64,000 bases of DNA from Synechococcus sp. SP2 MAG (GCA_030756895.1 JAVBIX010000029.1:991-64990); one strand, 5' to 3'. Shown: positions 27,594-38,844, counted from the first letter of the stretch. Program-made: numbers and translations. The notes: generated by a model from the letters alone, not told the origin.

Positions 27594-28777
27594 GAAACCT
27601 CCTCTCCTTCGGCTTCTTCCAGCACGATCCTGTGTAGCTCGAGCATCGCTTCTTCGAGCAGGGCTCGATCGATGCCGTTGTGTTCAATGCCTGGGGCGGT
27701 GTTGTCATCGAGCTCAGCCACGAGATCTTTGCTGATGCCTTTAATCAAGGGCGCATCGTCGCGCTGCAGAAAGGTTTGAAATTCTCCTGGCTCAGCTCTC
27801 CGCTGGGGCATCCCTCGGATTCTGAGGTGGAGGAGTTGTTGATCCAAATCTTGCAAGTGCTGTTGCAGCTGTTGGTGCCCTTGAAAAGACAGTTGTCCAC
27901 TTAGCTCAATTCTCAAAAGATCTTTGCCTACCTTCCGCTTCACACAGGATTCAATCGTCTCTTTGAGGCGCTGAAGATCCGCCCCACTGCTTACCTTGGC
28001 TTCGATCCTGTGCCAGGACATGCCACCTGTTGCAATCGGAGTGACCTCTGGAGTTTGTTGCCGTTTCAGGTCAACAAGAAGTGCTTGGGAACGTTGATCC
28101 TGATTACTTGTGGGAAAACGATCGGGTTCAGGAGTGCCGCAATACCAAGCACGCGAGGTCAGTTTGGTTAGCGCATGCCAATCACCCAGAGCGATGTAGT
28201 CCACCTCTTCTTCAGGCCAACGATCGTGATGCAATTGGTTGACCTGTCCTTCCGCACCAAAACCTTGTACGGAGCCATGGGCGAGTACGACCCTGGGCAG
28301 ATCGTTGGGCAAGGAACTCCAGTTCAGGGATTCCAGCCAATCCGCGGGGCTACGACTGTCTCTTTGGCGCAGTAACGGGCAAGGGAGCAGCACCATTTCT
28401 GCAATGACCTGAGGCTCTGGTTGCAGCAAGAGCTGCAAATTGGGGCAACGTTCACGCATCTGACGCTGCACATCTCGGCGCTGCCAGATGCCACCGGCTC
28501 CTCCATGGTCATGGTTTCCAGGAATCACCAGCACCGGGCAGGTGATCGAAGCGATTGCTTCCATCACCTCCATTACCACCGCTGGAGCCACAGTGCTCGA
28601 GTCGAAAAGATCACCGGCCACCATCACGGCATCCACGTTTTGCTCGCTTGCTGTTGCAGCAATACGTGAAACGGCATTGACCCGTTCTTGCTGAAGACGG
28701 GCCCGTTTTTGAGGATCTTCAATCCAGTGATAGGGCTTGCCGATTTGCCAGTCAGCCGTGTGAAGAAAACGTGGCAA
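27584..28777 (-). CDS. Mre11/SbcD-like metallophosphoesterase nuclease
   Basis: FLHTADWQIG, VAGDLFD, IPGNHD, LAHGS and ALGDWH motifs; TTG start assumed; overlaps the ATPase start. Confidence 0.88.
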   Translation of the reverse strand: MPRFLHTADWQIGKPYHWIEDPQKRARLQQERVNAVSRIAATASEQNVDAVMVAGDLFDSSTVAPAVVMEVMEAIASITCPVLVIPGNHDHGGAGGIWQRRDVQRQMRERCPNLQLLLQPEPQVIAEMVLLPCPLLRQRDSRSPADWLESLNWSSLPNDLPRVVLAHGSVQGFGAEGQVNQLHHDRWPEEEVDYIALGDWHALTKLTSRAWYCGTPEPDRFPTSNQDQRSQALLVDLKRQQTPEVTPIATGGMSWHRIEAKVSSGADLQRLKETIESCVKRKVGKDLLRIELSGQLSFQGHQQLQQHLQDLDQQLLHLRIRGMPQRRAEPGEFQTFLQRDDAPLIKGISKDLVAELDDNTAPGIEHNGIDRALLEEAMLELHRIVLEEAEGEEVSCG

Positions 28778-28877
28778 CGTTGCTGAGCGGGTGTTCTGAC
28801 CCCATGCTGCCGCTTCCCGGCTCTTTTTCCGCACACTCAGCGCTGGCGTATCAGCTCATACACGGCATTGTTTCGTC

Positions 28878-30053
28878 TTGAGTCTCATGCGATTCGTCAT
28901 GGCCGATGCCAATACCAGGCTTTATCCATCGCTTGACGCGATCGCAGGACTGTTTCATCCGCCCGAGCAAATCACCTCGATTGACACGCTGGGATCTGGA
29001 AACGTGAATGACACGTTTTTGGTGTCGTTGGCTGAGGATGCGGATTGTCGAGCCTTCGTGATGCAGCGTCTGAACACAAGTGTGTTCGAAAAGCCCGAGC
29101 TGGTCATGCGCAATTTGCTTGCACTAGGCACGCACGTTCAACAACGTTTGGCTACCAATCCTCCTGAATTGGCTGGACGGCGTTGGGAGATTCCAACGGT
29201 TCTCCCAACGCGCGATAGCGAAGGCCATTGGGTTGAGCACAACGGAGAGTTTTGGCGCTCGATCTCCTATATCGGAGCGGCCACCACGAGTGATGTGATC
29301 CGTGATGGTGAGCATGCGCGAGAGCTGGGGTATGGATTAGGGATGTTTCATCACCTCATCAGTGATTTGCCGGTTTGCGACTTAGCAGACACCCTTGAAG
29401 GCTTTCACATCACTCCGAGCTACCTCAAGCATTACGACACTGTCTGCCGCGATCAATCCGAGAAGCTTGAGAAGCGGTTATCACTCGATCCACAGCTGAA
29501 ACGTGCGATTGATTTCGTGGAACGCCGCCGCGATTGTGTGGATGTGTTGGAGGTTGCCTGCGCTCGCGGCGAACTGCAACGCAGACCGATTCATGGAGAC
29601 CCCAAAATCAACAACGTGATGCTCGATGAGCACACTGGTCATGCAGTGGGATTGATTGATCTCGATACGGTCAAACCCGGTTTGGTTCACTACGACATCG
29701 GTGATTGCCTGCGATCTTGTTGTAATCCTCTTGGCGAAGAGACCTTGCAGGTTGAGTTGGTGAAGTTCGATCTCAACCTCTGTCGGGCGATTCTTGAGGG
29801 ATATCTCATGATGGGTCGATCCTTCCTTTCAGATCAGGATTTTCGCTATCTACCAGACTGCATTCGTTTGATTCCGTTTGAGCTTGGGTTGCGCTTTTTA
29901 ACCGACTACCTGGATGGCGATCGTTACTTCCGAACAGATCGAACTTCTCACAATTTGGATCGAGCCCTGGTGCAATTTGCGCTGACCCAATCGATCGAAG
30001 CCCAAGAGGATGACCTCCAGCTCATGATTCGCGAACTTTCAGGAGCGAGCTGA
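28878..30053 (+). CDS. APH/choline-kinase-fold phosphotransferase, N-acetylhexosamine 1-kinase-like
   Basis: LGSGNVNDTF, QRLNTSVF, IHGDPKINN and IDLDT motifs. Confidence 0.75.
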   Translation: MSLMRFVMADANTRLYPSLDAIAGLFHPPEQITSIDTLGSGNVNDTFLVSLAEDADCRAFVMQRLNTSVFEKPELVMRNLLALGTHVQQRLATNPPELAGRRWEIPTVLPTRDSEGHWVEHNGEFWRSISYIGAATTSDVIRDGEHARELGYGLGMFHHLISDLPVCDLADTLEGFHITPSYLKHYDTVCRDQSEKLEKRLSLDPQLKRAIDFVERRRDCVDVLEVACARGELQRRPIHGDPKINNVMLDEHTGHAVGLIDLDTVKPGLVHYDIGDCLRSCCNPLGEETLQVELVKFDLNLCRAILEGYLMMGRSFLSDQDFRYLPDCIRLIPFELGLRFLTDYLDGDRYFRTDRTSHNLDRALVQFALTQSIEAQEDDLQLMIRELSGAS

Positions 30054-30054
30054 A

Positions 30055-30639
30055 ATGTCGCGCCATCCCGTGATGGTCCGGCAGGTTTGCCCGCTCCTTC
30101 CTCAAGACCCCCAAGAATCCCCTGATCTCCTGCTTAGTGCTGAGTTTGTCTGGCGTGAGGGGGGCATTCTCGAACTCAGTTACAACCTTCGGCCTGCACA
30201 GCGCGATGGAGATTTGCTTGCTGTTTCGCTGCCTTCGATACAGCCATCCTCCGTTCCAATGCACGGTGATCGCCGCGATGAACTTTGGAAGCACAGTTGC
30301 TTTGAGGCGTTCATCGCTGTGCCTGGCTCTCAGCAGTACTGGGAATTCAACGTATCGCCCTTAGGTCACTGGAACCTTTACAGCTTTGAGAGCTACCGAC
30401 ACGGTGGTTCTGGGTTGGTTGAGGCCTTGCCTCCATCCGTATCCGTGCGTCAAACACGACAGGACTGCCGTTGTGATGTGGTCTTGGATTTACGTCCCTG
30501 GTGGCCGATTGAGGGCATGCCAGAACTCGGTTTGACGATGGTTGTGGAAGAAATCAATGGTCGTCTCAGCTACTGGGCTCTTTCCCATCCAGGAGACGCT
30601 GCAGACTTTCATGACCGTCGCAGTTTTCTGATCTGTTGA
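30055..30639 (+). CDS. DOMON-like beta-sandwich protein
   Basis: RRDELWKHSCFEAFI, YWEFNVSP.GHWN and SYWALSHP...ADFH motifs; 1 nt after the kinase stop. Confidence 0.65.
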   Translation: MSRHPVMVRQVCPLLPQDPQESPDLLLSAEFVWREGGILELSYNLRPAQRDGDLLAVSLPSIQPSSVPMHGDRRDELWKHSCFEAFIAVPGSQQYWEFNVSPLGHWNLYSFESYRHGGSGLVEALPPSVSVRQTRQDCRCDVVLDLRPWWPIEGMPELGLTMVVEEINGRLSYWALSHPGDAADFHDRRSFLIC

Positions 30640-30655
30640 TGGATCGTCAACTCTT

Positions 30656-31669
30656 TTGATGATGACTTCAGTCCGCCGCCTACTGATTTGTCTTCCTCTG
30701 CTTGTGGTTCCCCTGGCCTTGGGCTGTAGGCGCTCGCCGGCACTCCAGTCCACCCAGAATCAACACCAGGACGTTTCTGAACAGGACGTCCTTGAACAAG
30801 TTGAACCAGCTGATCTCGCGCTTCCAGCGCTCCCTACAAGGTCAGATCTTCCCCGCTCTCCATCAGGAGCGCACTATCCGCTGTTTCTGCCCAACCCCGA
30901 CCAGCTAGCTCCACTGTTATCGGGCATTGAGCTTGCCATTCGTAACCCCGACGTCTCTGCTGAGGCCATTCCCTCCCTTGCTCATCAGCAGCAGGTGATC
31001 TATCGGGTGTTGTCACATCGCTCTGATCTCGCCGATCAGGTGCGATCCAAGCTTGATGACCGTTGGCGCTGGGTGTTTGATCAGCACATCTCAGCTCGTC
31101 GTTCGTTTCTTGCCATGCATCGTGGCCCGGCTTCGTCCAGGCTTCCTGCTTGGCGTATCCAGACCCCGGCCCCTTCCGTTCAATTGCTCAAGGCTTATCG
31201 AAGTGCTTCAGCCGCTACGGGGATTGATTGGGAGGTTCTGGCTGCTGTGAATTTGGTCGAAACAGGAATGGGTCGCATTGATGGCATTTCCGTCGCCAAT
31301 GCTCAAGGGCCCATGCAATTCCTACCCACGACCTGGACGGAGCCTGGGATTGGCCGTGGTGGTGACATTCGCGATCCTTGGGATGCCATCCATGCGGCTG
31401 CGCGTTATTTGGTTCGTCGTGGCGGCCTTCAGGACATCCGAAAAGGACTCTGGGGGTACAACAACAGCGATCACTACGGCAAGGCTGTGGTTCATTACGC
31501 CGACCTGTTGAAACGGGATCCTCTCGCTTATCGCGGTTTGTATCACTGGCAAATTCACTACGCCTCCTCAGCCGGTGATCTCTGGCTTCATGAGGGTTAC
31601 AACCAGCCCCAGCCCACCGACGTCCTGCAATATTTGCGTCAGAACCCGCACAGCCGTCCTGCAGGTTGA
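30656..31669 (+). CDS. Lytic transglycosylase (SLT-type) lipoprotein
   Basis: Lipobox LALGC; WEVLAAVNLVETG (catalytic Glu), AQGPMQFLPTTW, AAARYL and YNNS. Confidence 0.8.
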   Translation: MMMTSVRRLLICLPLLVVPLALGCRRSPALQSTQNQHQDVSEQDVLEQVEPADLALPALPTRSDLPRSPSGAHYPLFLPNPDQLAPLLSGIELAIRNPDVSAEAIPSLAHQQQVIYRVLSHRSDLADQVRSKLDDRWRWVFDQHISARRSFLAMHRGPASSRLPAWRIQTPAPSVQLLKAYRSASAATGIDWEVLAAVNLVETGMGRIDGISVANAQGPMQFLPTTWTEPGIGRGGDIRDPWDAIHAAARYLVRRGGLQDIRKGLWGYNNSDHYGKAVVHYADLLKRDPLAYRGLYHWQIHYASSAGDLWLHEGYNQPQPTDVLQYLRQNPHSRPAG

Positions 31670-31733
31670 GGTTTAGAGACTGGCGTGATCGCCTTTGACC
31701 TCTACGATTCCGATCAGATGAAGGCTGAGCTCT

Positions 31734-32438
31734 TTGGCGAAGGAACTGACGCATCGGGCCGATGAGCTCAAGACCCTTGGCTGGTCCACGGATGAAGTGG
31801 CCCGATACGCCGAGCTATGGGACTATCGCCAGCGTTGGGGAGCAATGAATCTCGAACGTGAGGATCGTTTATTCCTGCGTAAGGCTGAAGCTGCACTCCC
31901 TGCGATTGTTTCGGGCAAGGCCGCAGCGAAAAAGCCGATCAACGAAAAGTCTTATTACCGCTGGATCTGTTTTCACTTGGAGGCGATGGATGCGGCTGAA
32001 GCCGGTTACGCCTTGCCCCAAGGGTCCAGAGGCGCATGGCCGATCCTGTTGGAGGAGGAAAGACGTTTGCTCGATTACTACCAGCCAGTTCTCGGCCTTC
32101 CCGACACGATCAAAGCCAAAGCGTTTGATGCGATCCGGGAAGAATTAGCAGCACAGGCTGGCCCTCTTGCGGCTGCAGATGGTCAGACGAAGAATTACGA
32201 CTTCATGTCTGCGTTAAAAGAGCTCAAGGCCAAAGAGAACAGCAAGTGGCGTCATCTGCGCGAGCAAGAGGGTGACCAGCCCTATCCAGTGCTCAGTGCG
32301 GAAGCGGCAGGATCTTTCCGATCGGAAGTGCGCAGTCGTTTTGGCCCCCTGATGCGTGACACGCTTCCATCCCTTGTGGAAACTGAAAAACCGGCACCTG
32401 ACGACAATTGGAACCCTTCAACGGAAGTTGCGAGCTAG
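31734..32438 (+). CDS. Hypothetical protein
   Basis: 234-aa helical ORF directly upstream of metY. Confidence 0.7.
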   Translation: MAKELTHRADELKTLGWSTDEVARYAELWDYRQRWGAMNLEREDRLFLRKAEAALPAIVSGKAAAKKPINEKSYYRWICFHLEAMDAAEAGYALPQGSRGAWPILLEEERRLLDYYQPVLGLPDTIKAKAFDAIREELAAQAGPLAAADGQTKNYDFMSALKELKAKENSKWRHLREQEGDQPYPVLSAEAAGSFRSEVRSRFGPLMRDTLPSLVETEKPAPDDNWNPSTEVAS

Positions 32439-33785
<1,347 letters not shown>

Positions 33786-33795
33786 GTTGGGGACT

Positions 33796-33839
33796 GGCGG
33801 TTGATCCCTTGGAGCCCAAGGCCAAGGTGATCGACCGCC
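33796..33839 (+). other. Long RNA hairpin immediately after the metY stop, no U-tract
   Basis: GGCGGTTGATC-CCTTGG...CCAAGG-T-GATCGACCGCC arms. Confidence 0.55.
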
Positions 33840-33998
33840 GTGGAGATGTTCAGCACACCAAAGCATTTGACTCACTCCCCATGAGTTCAAAGGCATGAAC
33901 TGTGGCTACGTTGAACAGAGAACACCTTGCATAGAAAAGGGCGCTCGTCATTGCATACATGATGAATCAAATTCAGTCAGTGGAAGGGATCTGAGCTG

Positions 33999-34892
33999 AT
34001 GGCACTGATTCTTTCTAGGAATTATCACAAGATCACCGCTGTTGAACGGAACCGGATCTCTTGGATTGAACCCGAGCAAGCCGAGCGTCAAGACATTCGG
34101 CCCTTGCGCATTGGCATTCTCAACATCATGCCTTTAGGGAAGCAGTACGAATTCAACCTGCTGCATCCTCTGGGTCTCTCGGTTCTTCAGATTGAACCGA
34201 TCTGGATTCGCCTCCAATCTCATGCGTACCGAAGCTGGGATCAAGACCATCTCAACCAGCACTACGTGAGCTGGGACGAGGCTCAGTCCCAGCGTCCATT
34301 GGATGGATTAATCATCACAGGTGCGCCAGTGGAGCACCTGGCGTTTGAGGACGTCACCTATTGGCCCGAATTGGTTGAGCTGATCAACGAGGCGCGTCAT
34401 TCTTGTGCCAGCACTCTCGGTCTCTGTTGGGCTGGTTTTGCTCTGGCTTATCTCGCGGGAGTGAACAAGGTCACGTTCGATCGGAAATTGTTTGGGGTGT
34501 TTCCGATGCGAAGTCTCGTGCCTGGTCATCCCCTCATGGGAACCCAGGATGATCAATTCCTTTGTCCCCAAAGCCGTTATGCGGGATTACCAGACGCAGC
34601 GATGGAATCGGCGCAACGCCAGGGTCGACTGAGACTTCTTGCCCATGGCGAGAAGGTGGGTTACACCATTTTTGAGACGCCAGATCAGCGTCAACTCATG
34701 CATCTCGGTCATCCCGAATACAACGTTGGGAGGTTGCAAGGGGAAATGGAGCGCGATCTCGCCCGTGGCGATGTTCCGCCGCCGGAAAATTTTGACTCTG
34801 ACCACCCGAGAACGCTGTGGCGTTCCCATCGCAATTTGCTATTTCAACAGTGGTTATGGTTTTGCTATCACCGCGTCAGCCTTCAGTCCTGA
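33999..34892 (+). CDS. metA: Homoserine O-acyltransferase MetA family, predicted acetyltransferase
   Basis: LRIGILNIMP, catalytic GLCWAG and GHPEY. TGAPVE has Glu at the acetyl/succinyl specificity position, consistent with neighbouring metY. Confidence 0.9.
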   Translation: MALILSRNYHKITAVERNRISWIEPEQAERQDIRPLRIGILNIMPLGKQYEFNLLHPLGLSVLQIEPIWIRLQSHAYRSWDQDHLNQHYVSWDEAQSQRPLDGLIITGAPVEHLAFEDVTYWPELVELINEARHSCASTLGLCWAGFALAYLAGVNKVTFDRKLFGVFPMRSLVPGHPLMGTQDDQFLCPQSRYAGLPDAAMESAQRQGRLRLLAHGEKVGYTIFETPDQRQLMHLGHPEYNVGRLQGEMERDLARGDVPPPENFDSDHPRTLWRSHRNLLFQQWLWFCYHRVSLQS

Positions 34893-35200
34893 AGAGGACA
34901 GGCCGCTTTTTGCGTTGTTGTTTCAATCGGCATTGCTTCGATTGGCCGCTGAGCAGCATCGCGATTGAGTTCTCGCTCTAAGGCAGCAATCCGTCTCTCT
35001 CTAAGGCAGTGTCGACAGCCTCCTGTGGTTTGGAGATGCTTCTCAGGTGTAATGCTGATCAGCTGAACCGGATGGTGGTTACAGCGAATTTTGACCGGGC
35101 TCTTGTAGCTGCGGTATTTGATCTCTGAGTAATCGAAGTGATCACCGAATCGCTCACGCGCTCGTTTGAGAAATTCCGATTCCGTGATACGAGCTCCCAT
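34883..35200 (-). CDS. DUF723-like zinc-finger hypothetical protein
   Basis: F...A.ERFGDHFDYS...Y.....V.IRC..H.......P.KHL...GGC..C pattern. Confidence 0.65.
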   Translation of the reverse strand: MGARITESEFLKRARERFGDHFDYSEIKYRSYKSPVKIRCNHHPVQLISITPEKHLQTTGGCRHCLRERRIAALERELNRDAAQRPIEAMPIETTTQKAACPLQD

Positions 35201-35285
35201 GACAAGAATGTATGGGGTGTTGCCTCAAAGTTTTCGTCTCTGTTATGGCTCGTTACTGGTTTGCTTCAGGCAAGACCCACGATCG

Positions 35286-35873
35286 ATGAGCTGGAACCAT
35301 CGCGTTGGCTGGCTGGAATCGCAGGCTTCGGCTTACTGGTTTGATCGATGTCAGGAACGGATTGTTTGGGAGCAGCCCCAAGTTCGGGTGTACGGCAAGG
35401 TCCACCGTGTGCCGAGATTGTCGGCTTTTCTCGCAGATGCTTCGGTGTCTTACCGCTACAGCGGTGTGGTTCATCGCGGGCAGGGCTGGCCCAACTGGTT
35501 TACGCCCTTGCTTGAGCAGGTGAATAACAGTTGTTCTGCTCAGTTCAATGGTTGCCTTTTCAATCTTTATCGGGATGGAGACGATCGCATGGGGTGGCAT
35601 GCCGATGACGAACCGGAGATTGATGCCAGATGTCCAATCGCATCGCTTTCTTTTGGTGCCACCAGGGCATTGCAGTTTCGTCATCGCCAGAGCCGGAGCC
35701 GAGAGGAACTAGCCCTTGCGGATGGAGATTTGCTGGTGATGGAACCTGATTGCCAACGGTTGTGGATGCACGCCCTTCCGGTTCGCAGGAGGGTGCGCAC
35801 GCCAAGGTTGAACCTCACGTTCCGAGTCTTTCTCCCAACGTCTTCAGCAGCACAGCCCAAATTGGCACCGTGA
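35286..35873 (+). CDS. AlkB-family 2OG-Fe(II) dioxygenase (ALKBH2/3-like)
   Basis: N.YRDG.D.MGWHADDE (HxD), distal H in WMHALP, RLNLTFR. Confidence 0.88.
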   Translation: MSWNHRVGWLESQASAYWFDRCQERIVWEQPQVRVYGKVHRVPRLSAFLADASVSYRYSGVVHRGQGWPNWFTPLLEQVNNSCSAQFNGCLFNLYRDGDDRMGWHADDEPEIDARCPIASLSFGATRALQFRHRQSRSREELALADGDLLVMEPDCQRLWMHALPVRRRVRTPRLNLTFRVFLPTSSAAQPKLAP

Positions 35874-36762
35874 TCAGCGCCAGGAGAGTGCTGCGCCAAA
35901 TGAGCTGTGACGCTGCAGTGCTGTCTGCCTGCTCTGTTTCTGCCATTAAGAGCACGGAAATAGCGGTGGGGGCTGCAGCTTGTAGGACCAAGGCCTGACG
36001 CGCGAAAGCGCTGATGGGAAGGATCAGGCTGATTGCCAATACAAATGCTGGAAACAGCAAAAGTTTGCAGCCCAGAGCCACATTCAAGGCTTTGCGGTGA
36101 GCGCTTTGTGTTGCTTCTGTCAGGGATGGTGTTGATCTCGCGTCTGAAAGGCCTGCAAGTCGCATGCCCACAACGATTAAGGCCAGCACAATCACAACCC
36201 TTGAAGGCATCCACAGTGCGGTCGTGATGGTGGCTTGCCATGGTGTTGCCATCACAAGCAAAGCGCCCAGGAGTCCTCGTGAGGCAGGACTGGAACTGAG
36301 GTGGTTGATCAACACACGCCAACGGTGCGGATGAGCCTTCTGCTCTGGTCCTGCAAGCCAGATCGGTCCGAGCCCCCAGGCCAGGAGCGTTGCGCCGAAG
36401 TCGTAGCCGATGCTGATCGATAGGGCTTCTGGGGGGAGTAAGGCCAGCGCGACCGGAATCCCGAAATAGGCTGTGTTGCCAACGCAACACCCCAGTTGAA
36501 GCGTGGGCGAGAGCAGCTGATCGCCCCCTCGGCGCCAGCGTCCGAGCACGATCAGCATGACCATGATGGCGACCGCCGCTATGGCGGCCGTGCTGAGCAG
36601 GGAGCTGTTCAATCCACCCTTCAACAGCAAGCCCATCAGGCTGATGGGAACGCCATAGCGCACAAGTGGGGTTGCTAGAGGCTTGACCCACCCTGGTTTG
36701 AAGCGACCCAGCAGATATCCAACAAGTAGGCCTGGAATGAGTTCAACCAGGAGGCGAAAAAT
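35815..36762 (-). CDS. AEC (auxin efflux carrier)-family permease
   Basis: GNTAYFGIPVALALL and QAAAPTAIS..L motifs. The frame extends 33 codons upstream of GTG 36663 to an ATT; start uncertain. Confidence 0.8.
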   Translation of the reverse strand: MFRLLVELIPGLLVGYLLGRFKPGWVKPLATPLVRYGVPISLMGLLLKGGLNSSLLSTAAIAAVAIMVMLIVLGRWRRGGDQLLSPTLQLGCCVGNTAYFGIPVALALLPPEALSISIGYDFGATLLAWGLGPIWLAGPEQKAHPHRWRVLINHLSSSPASRGLLGALLVMATPWQATITTALWMPSRVVIVLALIVVGMRLAGLSDARSTPSLTEATQSAHRKALNVALGCKLLLFPAFVLAISLILPISAFARQALVLQAAAPTAISVLLMAETEQADSTAASQLIWRSTLLALITVPIWAVLLKTLGERLGT

Positions 36763-36810
36763 TGCTGTGTCTGCCAGATCTAGCTGGAGACTAGGAACAT
36801 TCGCGACAAT

Positions 36811-37062
36811 GTGCCAAAGTCACAGCTGTCCCATGACAGGTGCTCAGTGGCTGTTTCGGCTCCTTTCTGTTCCATCCCCCAGAGAGTGGTACAACTCAGT
36901 GAAGCCCTTCAAGCTCAACGTGAGCGCTTGCAGGAGCGGTTGGCTGAGCAAATTCATAGCCTGCCCGTTGGCAATGAAACCTGGCTGCAAACCGAAAGGG
37001 AGCTCGTAGCTGCTGAGCGGGCCCTGCACCAGTTGGATGGCCGTTGTCAGTTAGTCATTTGA
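36811..37062 (+). CDS. Small coiled-coil hypothetical protein
   Basis: [16 protein letters not shown]...W..TEREL helical pattern; true start probably internal. Confidence 0.5.
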   Translation: MPKSQLSHDRCSVAVSAPFCSIPQRVVQLSEALQAQRERLQERLAEQIHSLPVGNETWLQTERELVAAERALHQLDGRCQLVI

Positions 37063-37790
37063 TTGAGGAAGCGCCTGCTGCGCTCTTCTTTGGCATGACT
37101 GAAAAATGTCTTTGCATCTGAAAGTTCAACCACTTTTCCTGCGTCCATAAACAGCACCCGGTCAGCGACCTCACGGGCAAATCCCAGTTCATGGGTGACG
37201 ACCACCATGGTCATTCCTGCTGAGGCCAGCGTGCGCATGGCATCAAGAACTTCTTTGACGCGTTCTGGATCAAGAGCACTGGTTGGCTCGTCGAACAACA
37301 TCACCTCTGGATCCATCGCTAAGGCTCTGGCGATCGCTACGCGTTGTTGCTGCCCTCCGCTGAGCTGGGCAGGGCGTTTCATGGCCTGATCAGCAATCCC
37401 CATTTGGCTCAGTAGCGACATCGCCCTGAGCTCCGCGTCCTTTTTCTGCATTTTTTTGACGCGGATTGGTGCCAGCGTGATGTTGTCGAGGATGGAGAGG
37501 TGGGGAAACAAATTGAACTGTTGAAAGACCATTCCAACCCTGCGCCGGATTCGTTTGATCTGTCGTTCGTCTTGGTTGGAATCCAGCTGAATCCCCACGA
37601 CTTCCAACCGTCCTTCGTCAATGCTTTCCAAGCCATTAAAGGTGCGGATCAAGGTGCTTTTTCCGGATCCAGAGGGCCCCATGACCACAAGAACTTCACC
37701 AAGGTTGACGCTGAGATTCACCTCATCAAGAGCGCGATGATCATCGGAGTAGGACTTACTAATGGACTGCGCGTGAATGGCGATGGACAT
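37047..37790 (-). CDS. Polar amino-acid ABC transporter ATP-binding subunit (AapP/BztD-like)
   Basis: [34 protein letters not shown] and [11 protein letters not shown]. Confidence 0.93.
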   Translation of the reverse strand: MSIAIHAQSISKSYSDDHRALDEVNLSVNLGEVLVVMGPSGSGKSTLIRTFNGLESIDEGRLEVVGIQLDSNQDERQIKRIRRRVGMVFQQFNLFPHLSILDNITLAPIRVKKMQKKDAELRAMSLLSQMGIADQAMKRPAQLSGGQQQRVAIARALAMDPEVMLFDEPTSALDPERVKEVLDAMRTLASAGMTMVVVTHELGFAREVADRVLFMDAGKVVELSDAKTFFSHAKEERSRRFLNQMTN

Positions 37791-37815
37791 AGATGTTGAG
37801 GAGGTACGAGCGGTC

Positions 37816-38844
37816 TTAGGAGCTAGTGGATAAGCGGCCTTGACGTTCAATTCGCTTTGCCAAAAGGGCCATCCCTGAACAGAGCAACCAATACACACCG
37901 GCGAGCCAGACATAAACCTCAAGATGACGGCCGATGTATTCAGGATTTGCGAGCAAGCTTCTGCTAATTCCCAGCAGTTCTATCAATCCGAGAATGGCCA
38001 TCAAGCTGGTGTTTTGCAGCAATCCGATCGCTTGATTGGTTAAGGCTGGAACAGCAATTCTCATTGCCTGGGGAAGAATGACCAGTCTCATGGTGAGAGA
38101 CGCATTGAGACCGAGGGCTGCTGCCGCTTCCGCTTGTGTGCGTGGGATGGATTGCAGTCCACCGCGCACATCTTCGGCGACATAAGCCGCTGCAAATAGT
38201 GCAAAAGCCATAACAGCTCTCAACACTCTGTTGATTTCGATCTCTACCGGGAGGAAGAGCGGTAGGAGCAATTGCCCGAAGAACAGCACCGCAATAAGAG
38301 GAACGGCACGCATCAGGTCGATGTAAATGCGGCATAGCATCGCGACCAAACCCAAATTCGATGTTCTACCGATCGCAAGGCCTATTCCCATGGGCAGGGC
38401 TAAAAACCCACTCGCTGTGGTCAGTAGCAATGTGAGGGTGAGGCCTCCCCAGGCGCGAGATGGCACGGCTTGGAGGTTGGCGGATCCAGCAAGCAGAACC
38501 ACTCCTGCAGGCACCATCAAGATCCATGCCCAGGGAAGGAAAGGTTGAAGGCGTTTCAGGGGTTGAGGCAAGTGATCACCGCTCAACGTGGTGATCGTTA
38601 GTAGCAGCAGAGCGGCCATCCAAACCAAAGGCCTCCAGCGTTGATCTGCGGGATAGCTGCCAAAGGCATACAGCGGGAGGTTGTGGGTGACCACCCGCCA
38701 ATCAGCCCCGGCGATCAGCCAGGAGCCTGTCGACCAGACAGCCCAAAGAATCAAGCTAAGGATGAGAACGCTGAATGCGGCCTCAATCGGTTTTTGCTGC
38801 CAACGCCGGTAGTGCTGTTGCCGGGCTTTGAATTGATTCGCCAT
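37816..38844 (-). CDS. Amino-acid ABC transporter permease (AapM/NatH-like)
   Basis: [30 protein letters not shown] and GQ-like RTQAEAA motifs; ATG at 38844. Confidence 0.9.
   Translation of the reverse strand: MANQFKARQQHYRRWQQKPIEAAFSVLILSLILWAVWSTGSWLIAGADWRVVTHNLPLYAFGSYPADQRWRPLVWMAALLLLTITTLSGDHLPQPLKRLQPFLPWAWILMVPAGVVLLAGSANLQAVPSRAWGGLTLTLLLTTASGFLALPMGIGLAIGRTSNLGLVAMLCRIYIDLMRAVPLIAVLFFGQLLLPLFLPVEIEINRVLRAVMAFALFAAAYVAEDVRGGLQSIPRTQAEAAAALGLNASLTMRLVILPQAMRIAVPALTNQAIGLLQNTSLMAILGLIELLGISRSLLANPEYIGRHLEVYVWLAGVYWLLCSGMALLAKRIERQGRLSTSS

Noticed and set aside
35681-36691. 336-aa minus-strand ORF overlapping the AEC permease
   Set aside because: An alternative frame over a clear transporter gene and alkB; Arg/Ala/Ser-rich shadow composition.
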